Below are positions 24,804-32,687 of a DNA stretch of 36,452 nucleotides, in pieces (within the stretch, counting starts at the first letter, position 1; each line of letters begins with the position of its first letter). Source of the stretch: Oscillospiraceae bacterium (lineage in GTDB: Bacteria > Bacillota > Clostridia > Oscillospirales > Oscillospiraceae); contig JAZSQG010000215.1 of NCBI GenBank assembly GCA_045537855.1, positions 1-36,452 on the forward strand, read 5' to 3'. Both the position numbers and the translations under genes were made by a program. The notes under the pieces were generated by a model. It was given only the letters and a program-made list of their open reading frames with translations, was not told the origin of the DNA and ran no database searches.

Positions 24804-26825
24804 ATGTCAGAGAAGATCCGCAATATTTGTCTGCTGGGACACGGCAGCACGGGCAAGACCAGTCTTGCAGAGAGCATCCTCTATGTCACCGGCATGACCG
24901 ACCGTCTGGGCAAGGTCGTGGAAGGCAACTCCATCTGCGACTATGACGCCGAAGAGGTCAAGCGGCAGATCAGTATTTCCACTGCCACCGTTTATGCAAA
25001 ATACCAGGGCGCCAAGATCAACATCCTGGACACCCCCGGTTTCTTCGATTTCGCCGGCGAAGTGCAGGAAGCCCTCCGCGTGGCCGATGCCGGCATCATC
25101 TGCGTTTCTGCCAAGGACGGCCTGAACGTGGGTGCCGAGAAGTCCTGGAAGAAGCTTGTCAGCGCCGGAAAGCCCCGCGCCATCTACGTTTCCAAGACCG
25201 ATGAAGAGCATGCCGACTTCAACCGCACCTACAACCAGCTGCGTGAGCGTTTCGGCAGCAGCGTTTCCGCTTTCACCATGCCTGTGGTGGAAGGCGAGAA
25301 GGTGACCGGCATTATCGATGTCATCACCAAGAAGGCTTATCACATCGACGGCGGCAAGCGCACCGAGATCCCCGTGCCCGCCGAATCCGCCGGCGTGCTG
25401 GATGAGATGTACGAGGTCCTGGCCGAGAACGCCGCTTCCACCAGCGAAGAGCTGATGGAGAAGTATCTCGAGACCATGGAACTGAGCCTGGAAGAGATCT
25501 ACGGCGCGCTGGGCGAAGGCATCGCCAACGGCGATATCTGCCCCGTGTTCTGCGGCTGCGCCATGACCGGTCTGGGCACCACCGTTCTGCTGGATGCCAT
25601 TGTCAACTACTTCCCCGGCCCCATGGAGCAGGGTGAGCCTGTTGATCCCAACGGCCCCGCCAGAGCCATCATCTATAAGACCATTTCCGACCAGTTCGGC
25701 AAGTTCTCCCTGTTCAAAGTCATTTCCGGCAAGGTCACCCCCGATATGACCCTGGTCAACGCCCGCAGCGGTGCCAACGAGAAGCTTGGCCACATCTATA
25801 TGATGCAGGGCAAGAAGAACGTGGAAGTGCAGGAGATCGGCTGCGGCGATTTCGGCGCTGTTGCCAAGCTCAGCGACTCCAAGACCGCCGATACCCTCTG
25901 TGCCGCCGGCAGCGTGGAAGCCGCCCCCGGCATCGAGTTCGCGGAACCTTGCTACTCCATGGCCATCGCCCCCAAGACCAAGGGTCAGGACGATAAGGTC
26001 GCGCAGGGTCTGGCCCGTCTGGGCGAAGAAGATCCCACCTTCACCGTGGTGAACAACGGCGAGACCAAGCAGATGGTCATCTCCGGCGCCGGCGACATCC
26101 ACCTGGATGTGCTCTGCTCCAAGCTGAAGAACAAGTTCGGCGTGGAAGTGGTCCTGGCTCCCGCCCGCGTGGCTTACCGCGAGAAGATCCGCAAGAAGTA
26201 CGAAGCCCACGGCCGTCACAAGAAGCAGACCGGCGGTCACGGCCAGTTTGCCGACGTCAAGATCCGCTTCGAGCCTCAGGAAGAGCAGGAAGAAATGATC
26301 TTCGCCGAAGAAGTGTTCGGCGGCAGCGTGCCCAAGAACTTCTTCCCCGCCGTGGAAAAGGGTCTGCGTGAGAACTGCGTCAAGGGTGTTCTTGCCGGCT
26401 ACCCCATGGTGTACCTGAAGGCCGTCCTGTACGATGGCGACTTCCATCCCGTTGACTCCTCCGAAATGGCGTTCAAGACCGCTGCCGGTCTGGCCTATAA
26501 AGAACTGGTCAACGCCAGCCCCGTGCTGCTGGAGCCCATCGGCACCCTCACCGTCACCATTCCCGACAACAATCTGGGCGACATCATGAGCGACATCAGC
26601 TCTAAGCGTCGCGGCACCGTGCTGGGCATGAACGCCAGCGAAGGTATGCAGATCGTTGAGGCGGAAGTGCCCATGGCCGAAATGTCCAGCTACACCATCG
26701 ACCTGCGCAGCATGACCCAGGGCCGCGGCTCCTTCACTCTGAAGTTTGCCCGCTACGAAGAGGCCCCCGGCATGGTCCAGCAGAAGATTATCGAGGAAGC
26801 CAAGGCCAACGCCGACAACGAGTAA
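24804..26825 (+). CDS. Elongation factor G paralog, EF-G2 type
   Basis: G1 GHGSTGKTS; G3 DTPGFFDF; G4 SKTD. KKQTGGHGQFADV and GYPMV..KAVLYDGDFHPVDSSEMAFKTAA are domain IV/V EF-G signatures. Collinear with Thermus EF-G-2 as I remember it. AAGGAGAGG RBS. Start at MSEKIRN. Confidence 0.9.
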   Translation: MSEKIRNICLLGHGSTGKTSLAESILYVTGMTDRLGKVVEGNSICDYDAEEVKRQISISTATVYAKYQGAKINILDTPGFFDFAGEVQEALRVADAGIICVSAKDGLNVGAEKSWKKLVSAGKPRAIYVSKTDEEHADFNRTYNQLRERFGSSVSAFTMPVVEGEKVTGIIDVITKKAYHIDGGKRTEIPVPAESAGVLDEMYEVLAENAASTSEELMEKYLETMELSLEEIYGALGEGIANGDICPVFCGCAMTGLGTTVLLDAIVNYFPGPMEQGEPVDPNGPARAIIYKTISDQFGKFSLFKVISGKVTPDMTLVNARSGANEKLGHIYMMQGKKNVEVQEIGCGDFGAVAKLSDSKTADTLCAAGSVEAAPGIEFAEPCYSMAIAPKTKGQDDKVAQGLARLGEEDPTFTVVNNGETKQMVISGAGDIHLDVLCSKLKNKFGVEVVLAPARVAYREKIRKKYEAHGRHKKQTGGHGQFADVKIRFEPQEEQEEMIFAEEVFGGSVPKNFFPAVEKGLRENCVKGVLAGYPMVYLKAVLYDGDFHPVDSSEMAFKTAAGLAYKELVNASPVLLEPIGTLTVTIPDNNLGDIMSDISSKRRGTVLGMNASEGMQIVEAEVPMAEMSSYTIDLRSMTQGRGSFTLKFARYEEAPGMVQQKIIEEAKANADNE

Positions 26826-26841
26826 GGTTCCCTGAAGCATC

Positions 26842-26876
26842 CAGAGCCGGAAGCATCGCGCTTCCGGCTCTGTTTT
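26842..26876 (+). terminator. Rho-independent terminator after the EF-G paralog
   Basis: AGAGCCGGAAGC-ATCGC-GCTTCCGGCTCT followed by GTTTTTG. Confidence 0.85.
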
Positions 26877-26894
26877 TGCATCCGGGGGAGGGAA

Positions 26895-26929
26895 GAAAAA
26901 ACGGCCGAAAGCACGCTGCTTTCGGCCGT
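26895..26929 (-). terminator. Rho-independent terminator after the dac-like gene
   Basis: On the minus strand, ACGGCCGAAAGC-AGCGT-GCTTTCGGCCGT followed by TTTTTTCTTCC, 18 nt after the stop. Confidence 0.8.
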
Positions 26930-26946
26930 TCGGCTATGTATGCGGT

Positions 26947-28347
26947 TTATTTCCGCTTTCCGCCGGGAATGCTGCGCCCCTCCTGCAGGGCCTTGCGGCG
27001 TTTGGCGCGGATAACATTGTAGCGGATGACAAAGGCGATGTACAGCGCCAGGATGAGTACCACGCCCAGCAGCGTCAGCTTCAGCCAGCGGCTGGAGAGG
27101 GTCTCCTTCACCCGGGCCTGCATCATGGCGTAGCGGGAGACTTCCACATCCGTATTGGCGCTGAGGCTGTAGGGGCCGTAAACCGTGCCGTCCATGGCGG
27201 TGACGGTGACTTCGCCCAGCACCTGTCCCCGGTGAACCGGGGCGACCAGAGGCTCCGCACCTTCCTCCTGACTGTAGATGCGGATGTCCCGGCGGAAGCT
27301 GCCGGCAATATCCATTTCATTGGGCAGGAAGAGGGCAAGCCCCTCGCCGGCACAGACCACCACGGAATCCGTACCCTCACCCATGCTCACGGGCACTTCC
27401 GCCACAGGCTCGATGGGATTTACCACATAACGGAGGCTGTAGTTATCAAAGAACCAGCGGAAAAGCTTCTTGGTCTGCACAAAGCTCTGGATATCAAAGT
27501 AGCCATCGTCGGCTTCCACCATGTCGCAGCCCAGCACCACGGAGACCACGTAGGTATCCTCGGTTTTTACCGAGGAAGCCAGGCAGTAGCCCGCTTCTTC
27601 GGTGAAGCTGCTCTTAATGCCGGATGCGTAGGAATAGTAGTAACGGGTATAATCTGTGCGGAGGATGTAGTTGCCGCTGCTGAGGTAGCGGGGGGCGGAA
27701 TAGTCCGTGGCGGGGATTTCCTTGCTGACGGTGTTGCTGATGTCCATGAGCTTGTCATGCTTGACGAATTCCGAAGCGATGAGGGCCATGTCGTGGGCGG
27801 TGGAGTAGTGGTTCTCCACGGGCAGGCCGTGCATGTTCACAAAGCGGGTGTTGGTGCAGCCCAGCTCCTGTGCCCGGCGGTTCATCAGGGCCACGAAATC
27901 GGAAGCGCTGCCGCCCGCCACATATTCGCCGATGATGTTGCAGGCTTCGCTGGCGCTGCCCACCAGGGCGCAGTAGAGGAGATTGTCCAGCCGCAGTGTT
28001 TCACCGGGAACGATGTTCTGGATGCTGGCGTCCGCCGTGATATCGTTGTGGGAGGTGTTGGAAGCCGTCACCATATCCGTATAGGCGATTTCGCCCCTGG
28101 CTTCCGCCTCCGCTGCCAGCAGACAGGTCATCATGGAAGTAAGACCCGCCACATACAGGGGCGTATCCGCATTCTGAGAAAAGAGCATTTCGCCGCTGGA
28201 GGCATCCATCAGCACGGCAGCCTTGGCGTTGAGATAGGGCTGTTCCATCGCCCTGGCCGGGGTCGGGAGGATGCAGTAAAGCAGCAGGAGCGCTGCCAGC
28301 AGAAGGGGGAAAAAGCCGTGCCTGAATTGGTATTTCATCGTGTTCAT
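26947..28347 (-). CDS. PBP5/DacA-type D-alanyl-D-alanine carboxypeptidase homolog (S11 fold) lacking catalytic motifs; membrane-anchored
   Basis: Signal peptide FFPLLLAALLLLYCILPTPARA. Collinear with B. subtilis DacA (AAVLMDASSGEMLFSQNAD..., MNRRAQELGCTNTRFVNMHGL, AGYCLASS...VVSVVLG, PBP5_C-like domain). C-terminal TM anchor LKLTLLGVVLILALYIAFVI plus a basic tail. Start at MNTMKY (28347) with a GGTGGA RBS. Confidence 0.85.
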   Translation of the reverse strand: MNTMKYQFRHGFFPLLLAALLLLYCILPTPARAMEQPYLNAKAAVLMDASSGEMLFSQNADTPLYVAGLTSMMTCLLAAEAEARGEIAYTDMVTASNTSHNDITADASIQNIVPGETLRLDNLLYCALVGSASEACNIIGEYVAGGSASDFVALMNRRAQELGCTNTRFVNMHGLPVENHYSTAHDMALIASEFVKHDKLMDISNTVSKEIPATDYSAPRYLSSGNYILRTDYTRYYYSYASGIKSSFTEEAGYCLASSVKTEDTYVVSVVLGCDMVEADDGYFDIQSFVQTKKLFRWFFDNYSLRYVVNPIEPVAEVPVSMGEGTDSVVVCAGEGLALFLPNEMDIAGSFRRDIRIYSQEEGAEPLVAPVHRGQVLGEVTVTAMDGTVYGPYSLSANTDVEVSRYAMMQARVKETLSSRWLKLTLLGVVLILALYIAFVIRYNVIRAKRRKALQEGRSIPGGKRK

Positions 28348-28383
28348 AGTGTCCACCGGTTCCATGTCATTATGTTTACATAA

Positions 28384-28413
28384 AATATAACAAAGCTGGG
28401 GCTTGAATTGCAA
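28384..28413 (-). promoter_or_regulatory. Candidate promoter for the dac-like gene
   Basis: On the minus strand, TTGCAA - 18 nt - TATATT with TG one base upstream of the -10. Confidence 0.4.
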
Positions 28414-28471
28414 GGGAAAATATGAGATATTTGTGCAGGAACATGAGAAAATTCTGGAAGGAGCCCGGAAT

Positions 28472-28858
28472 ATGTCAAAAGCAGGACAGACTGCTCTCCG
28501 AAGACGCTGCGGCCTGATTGCTGCGGCCCTGTGTGTCTGTTTCGCTTTGGGGCTCCTGCTGGGGCAGCTGACTGCAAACCGCAGTCGGCAGGGCGTCACG
28601 GTTCAGGTTTCGCGTGAAGGTGCGGCAGCCGTCTCCCAACCGGCGGATACGCCGGCAGTGCTGCTGGACCTCAACACTGCCACAGCAGAGGAATTGATGA
28701 CACTGAGCGGGATTGGCGAGCAGCTTGCCGGGCGCATCGTAGCCTACCGGGAAGAAAACGGGCCCTTCCGCTATGTGTATGAGCTCATGAACGTGTCCGG
28801 GATCGGCGAAAAGAAGTATGAAGCCATCCGGGACAGCATCACCGTTCAGAAAGGATGA
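28472..28858 (+). CDS. comEA: ComEA-like helix-hairpin-helix DNA-binding membrane protein
   Basis: N-terminal anchor LIAAALCVCFALGLLLG. LLDLNTATAEELMTLSGIGEQLAGRIVAYREENGPF..ELMNVSGIGEKKYEAI is the tandem HhH ComEA signature. GGAAGGAG RBS. The TTG at 28403 is rejected. Confidence 0.8.
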   Translation: MSKAGQTALRRRCGLIAAALCVCFALGLLLGQLTANRSRQGVTVQVSREGAAAVSQPADTPAVLLDLNTATAEELMTLSGIGEQLAGRIVAYREENGPFRYVYELMNVSGIGEKKYEAIRDSITVQKG

Positions 28859-28867
28859 AATGGAATC

Positions 28868-29548
28868 ATGAGAGTACTGGCCGTAGATGACGAGAAACTG
28901 CTTGTCAAGGGAATCAAATTCAATCTCGAAAACGAAGGCTATGAAGTAGACGTGGCCTATGACGGAGAAGAAGCGGTCAACAAGGTCCGGGAAGGCGGCA
29001 TTGATCTGGTTATCATGGATCTGATGATGCCCAAAATGAACGGGCTGGATGCCTGTATGGAGATCCGCACCTTTTCCAAGGTGCCCATCATTATGCTGAC
29101 CGCCCGTAGTGAGGATACGGACAAGATCATCGGCTTTGAATACGGCGCCGATGACTATATCACCAAGCCCTTTAACATTCTGGAACTGAAAGCCCGGGTC
29201 CGCGCCCTGCTGCGCCGCAGCGGAAGCCAGGAGGCCGCACCGAAGGAAAGTGTCCTCACCAGCGGCACCGTGCGCATCGACACGGAGCGGCGCATGGCCT
29301 TCCGCCAGGATCAGGAGGTGGAGCTCACCGCCAAGGAATTTGACCTGGTGGAAATGCTGATGCGCAATCCCGGCAAGGTTTACAGCCGGGAAAAGCTGCT
29401 GCAGCTGGTTTGGGGCGGCGAATACCAGGGTGATATCCGCACGGTGGACGTGCATATCCGCAGACTTCGGGAGAAGCTGGAGCTGGAACCCGCTTCCCCG
29501 GTGAAGATCATGACCAAGTGGGGGGTCGGCTACTATTTCAAGGATTAA
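28868..29548 (+). CDS. OmpR/PhoB-family response regulator
   Basis: Receiver domain MRVLAVDDE...DLVIMDLMMPKMNG...MLTA. Winged-helix output LTAKEFDLVEMLMRNPGKVYSREKLL...VDVHIRRLREKL...TKWGVGYYF. Confidence 0.95.
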   Translation: MRVLAVDDEKLLVKGIKFNLENEGYEVDVAYDGEEAVNKVREGGIDLVIMDLMMPKMNGLDACMEIRTFSKVPIIMLTARSEDTDKIIGFEYGADDYITKPFNILELKARVRALLRRSGSQEAAPKESVLTSGTVRIDTERRMAFRQDQEVELTAKEFDLVEMLMRNPGKVYSREKLLQLVWGGEYQGDIRTVDVHIRRLREKLELEPASPVKIMTKWGVGYYFKD

Positions 29549-29564
29549 GCTGCGGAAGCTGCGG
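29547..29564 (+). repeat. Perfect 9-bp tandem duplication (AAGCTGCGG x2) at the RR/HK junction
   Basis: AAGCTGCGGAAGCTGCGG begins inside the RR stop codon. It encodes KLRKLR in the kinase frame. Confidence 0.9.
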
Positions 29565-30980
29565 ATCAAATACAGCTTACAGCTGAAATATGCTGTAAGC
29601 TATTTTGCCGTTATTCTGATTTGCCTTGTCTTCATCAACATTCTGCCGGTGGTCAGCTGCCGGGATCTGCTGATGGAGAGCAAGCACAGCGCTCTGCAGA
29701 ATCAGGCATCTCTGGTGGCTTCCTCCCTCTCGCCTCTGGGTGAGCTTCGGGCCGATGAGGTGAGAAAGGTCATGGAGCTGCTGGGAGATGTGAGTCTGGC
29801 GCGGGTACTGGTCACGGATGAGGAGGCGCGCATCGTCTACGATTCCGTGGATCACACCGGTACCTTGGATAAGTATGTCCTTTTTTCCGAAGTGATGCTG
29901 GCGCTGGAAGGGAAGAACGTGTTTCATGCCCGCCTGCAGGGTGGCGCCCTTGCCAGCAAGGCCTGCGTCCCGGTGGTCAGCCGCTCCGTTGTCATCGGAG
30001 CGGTCTATCTTTATGAATTTGACCGGGATCAGGCGGCCCTGGTGGATGATCTGCGTCTGAACCTCTGGCGCATTTCTCTGGGCGTCTGCGTCCTTGCCAT
30101 CCTCATGACCCTGGTGCTGGGCCTTCTGATGGGCGGCCGTCTGCGCAGCATTCTGGACGGCATCCGCAGCATCGGAGCGGGCAGGCTGGATACCCGCATC
30201 CGTCTCCGGGGCAGCGATGAACTGAAGCAGATCGGCGATGAGATCAATGCTTTGGCCGACCGCCTGGAGCGCACGGAGGCCATGCGTCAGCGCTTTGTTT
30301 CCGATGCGTCCCACGAACTGAAAACGCCACTTGCCGCCATCACCCTCCTTTCCGACAGTATCGTGCAGAATGATGGGATGGACCGGGCCACCATCCGGGA
30401 GTTTGTCTATGACATCGGCCGGGAGGCGGAGCGGCTGAGCCGCGTGACCCAGCGGCTGTTGGAGCTGACCCGCATCGAAAAGGGCGGCCGGGAGACCCGG
30501 GAAAAGGTGGATATGAAGCGGGTTTCCGCAGAGGCACTGAAAATGCTGCGCAGTTTGGCTCAGGAAAAAAACGTCGCGCTGGACAGCCGACTGGACGAGC
30601 GCTGCAGTATCTATGCCAACACGGACGATGTGCATCAGGTGGTATTCAACCTGGTGGAAAACGCCATTAAATACAATGTGCCTGGGGGGAAGGTCCAGGT
30701 CCTGCTCTATCGCCGGGAGGAAGAGGCGGTTTTCGTGGTGGACGATACGGGGGAAGGCGTGCCGGAAGAAAAGCTTCCTTATCTCTTCGACCGTTTCTTC
30801 CGGGTGGACGAATCCCGCACCGGGGAGCAGAGCGGCAGCGGACTGGGGCTTTCCATTGTCCGGGACACGGTGCTGAAGCATGGCGGCAGCGTGCATGCGG
30901 AAAACCGGGAAGCGGGCGGCATGCGTTTTACTGTGTGCTTCCCGCTGTACATTCCCCCGGAAGAGGAGGCGCGGCAATGA
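29550..30980 (+). CDS. Sensor histidine kinase (TM1 - extracytoplasmic domain - TM2 - HAMP - HisKA - HATPase)
   Basis: H-box FVSDASHELKTPL; N-box FNLVENAIKYN; G-boxes VDDTGEGV and GSGLGLSIV. TM2 ISLGVCVLAILMTLVLGLLMG plus HAMP. The first canonical start (GTG 29649) lies after TM1 (YFAVILICLVFINILPVV), which is encoded in-frame upstream. The start is therefore provisionally placed at CTG 29550 (AAGGA 5 nt upstream), so the start coordinate is uncertain. Confidence 0.85.
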   Translation: MRKLRIKYSLQLKYAVSYFAVILICLVFINILPVVSCRDLLMESKHSALQNQASLVASSLSPLGELRADEVRKVMELLGDVSLARVLVTDEEARIVYDSVDHTGTLDKYVLFSEVMLALEGKNVFHARLQGGALASKACVPVVSRSVVIGAVYLYEFDRDQAALVDDLRLNLWRISLGVCVLAILMTLVLGLLMGGRLRSILDGIRSIGAGRLDTRIRLRGSDELKQIGDEINALADRLERTEAMRQRFVSDASHELKTPLAAITLLSDSIVQNDGMDRATIREFVYDIGREAERLSRVTQRLLELTRIEKGGRETREKVDMKRVSAEALKMLRSLAQEKNVALDSRLDERCSIYANTDDVHQVVFNLVENAIKYNVPGGKVQVLLYRREEEAVFVVDDTGEGVPEEKLPYLFDRFFRVDESRTGEQSGSGLGLSIVRDTVLKHGGSVHAENREAGGMRFTVCFPLYIPPEEEARQ

Positions 30981-32272
30981 AAAAGCTCTGTGTGTTGCTT
31001 CTGACTCTCCTGCTTCTGACGGGATGCGCCGCCGGCACACAGCCGCCGGAGGGGGACTATCTGGAAGTGTATTACTGCCGCGCCGGGGAAGATGCCGCCG
31101 CAGGCAGCGCCATCGGCAAAGCCTATTACCAGCCGGAAGCGGACAGCGACCGCCTGCACCAGGCACTGACGCTGCTGATGCGCAGCCCGGAAGACAGCGC
31201 ACTTGTCAGCGCATTTCCCGCAGCTGTGCGCATAGAATCCTACAACATTCATGACGGGACCATCAGCGTGATCTTCAGCGATGGCTACAGTGAGATGAAA
31301 CCCTTCCGCAAAACGCTGGCCCGCTGCTGTCTGGTCCTGACACTTTGCCAGCTGGAAGAAGTGAGCAGCGTCAGCATTTATGAAGGCGAGAAGCTGTTGG
31401 AAGAGGGCCTTACCCAGGAGATCATGCTGCTGGAAAGCACGGGTGACAGCGAGTATCAGACGGAAATCACCCTCTGGTTCCCGGATGAAGAGGGGAAGTG
31501 CCTGGTGTCCCGGCGGCGGCAGCTGACCATTGCCCAGTTCAAGACTCTGGCGGAATATGCCGTGGAAGAACTGCTGCTGGGAGACCAGGGGAAGGGGGGA
31601 ATGAGTGCCCTGCCAGCGGGGACGCAGCTGCGCAGCATAAGGCTCAGCGACGGGCTCTGTACCGTGGACTTCTCCGAAGAGTTTCTGGCAGCCGGACCGA
31701 AAAGCGCCGCGGAAGAGCGGCTCAGCGTCTATGCGCTGGTCAATACCCTGACGGAGCTGAAAGGCGTGGAACGGGTCCTGATCACCGTGGAAGGGGAGCG
31801 CATCGGCAGCTATCTCCACATGGATCTTTCCCAGCCCCTCACCCGTACGGATGCCTTTTCCGCCGCGGAGCTCAGCAGCAGCGGCTGGTATACGGTGAAT
31901 CTCTATCTGAAGACCGCAGATGGGTTTCTCACGGCGGTTCCCCTGGCTCTGGAGCAGCCGGACATGGAACATGTGACGGAGCAGGCCCTGCGTATGCTCC
32001 TGGAGCAGGAGGAGACCTGGGGCTATCGCCGCAGTATCCCGAAGGGTACGGTGATGCTCAGCTGCCAGGTGGATGAACAGCGTGTCTGTACCGTGCAGCT
32101 CAGCCAGGAGTTTCTGGTGAGCAGCCGCAAGGAGCTGGAGCTTGCTGCGCAGGCCCTGGCAGCCACGGCCATTGACGCAGGTGATGTGAGTGCCGTCCGC
32201 ATTTTTGCCGGAGGCAACTATTACCTGAACGGAGAACTGATAGAAAAGGACAGTGAATTGATCGTTGACTGA
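30977..32272 (+). CDS. Lipoprotein with three GerMN (Germane)-like repeats
   Basis: Lipobox LLLLTGC-AAG. Three repeats of about 120 aa, each with the pattern LxxALxxLL...P.gt.l.s..i.dg...VdFS.ef, typical of GerM/GerMN domains. The ATG overlaps the kinase stop (ATGA). GAGGAGG RBS. Confidence 0.75.
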   Translation: MKKLCVLLLTLLLLTGCAAGTQPPEGDYLEVYYCRAGEDAAAGSAIGKAYYQPEADSDRLHQALTLLMRSPEDSALVSAFPAAVRIESYNIHDGTISVIFSDGYSEMKPFRKTLARCCLVLTLCQLEEVSSVSIYEGEKLLEEGLTQEIMLLESTGDSEYQTEITLWFPDEEGKCLVSRRRQLTIAQFKTLAEYAVEELLLGDQGKGGMSALPAGTQLRSIRLSDGLCTVDFSEEFLAAGPKSAAEERLSVYALVNTLTELKGVERVLITVEGERIGSYLHMDLSQPLTRTDAFSAAELSSSGWYTVNLYLKTADGFLTAVPLALEQPDMEHVTEQALRMLLEQEETWGYRRSIPKGTVMLSCQVDEQRVCTVQLSQEFLVSSRKELELAAQALAATAIDAGDVSAVRIFAGGNYYLNGELIEKDSELIVD

Positions 32273-32687
32273 GATTCGGAATTATTTCCGGCCGGAACCG
32301 GATGAAGGACAGATCCATGCCATGAGCAGTCTGGCTCTGGCCCATGTGGGTGACGCGGTCTACGGACTGCTGGTGCGCCTCTGGTTTACCATGCAGGGCG
32401 GTGAGCGGGCCGACCGGCTCCACAGCAGCGCCGTGAATATGGTGAATGCCGCCGCACAGGCCCGGGCGCTGCGGCGTATCCAGCCCCTGCTGACTCAGGA
32501 GGAGGCGGACGTCTGCCGTCGGGGCCGCAATGCAAAGGTGAATTCCGTGCCCCGCAATGCCCTGCGCAGCGACTATCATGAGGCGACCGCGCTGGAGGCG
32601 CTGATGGGATACCTGTATCTCAAGGGCTGCCAGGAGCGGATCAATGAACTCTTTGCCTGTATCGTGGAGGAGCAGCATGCCGATTGA
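32265..32687 (+). CDS. mrnC: Mini-ribonuclease III
   Basis: LALAHVGDAVYGLLVR, RRGRNAKVNSVPRNA and YHEATALEALMGYLYL match Mini-III (YazC). Start is uncertain: TTG 32265 overlaps the upstream stop, and ATG 32322 is the alternative. Confidence 0.85.
   Translation: MTEIRNYFRPEPDEGQIHAMSSLALAHVGDAVYGLLVRLWFTMQGGERADRLHSSAVNMVNAAAQARALRRIQPLLTQEEADVCRRGRNAKVNSVPRNALRSDYHEATALEALMGYLYLKGCQERINELFACIVEEQHAD

Noticed and set aside
24807-26840. 677-aa ORF on the minus strand
   Set aside because: Antisense to the EF-G paralog. Gly/Ala/Leu/His-rich repeats. Shadow ORF.
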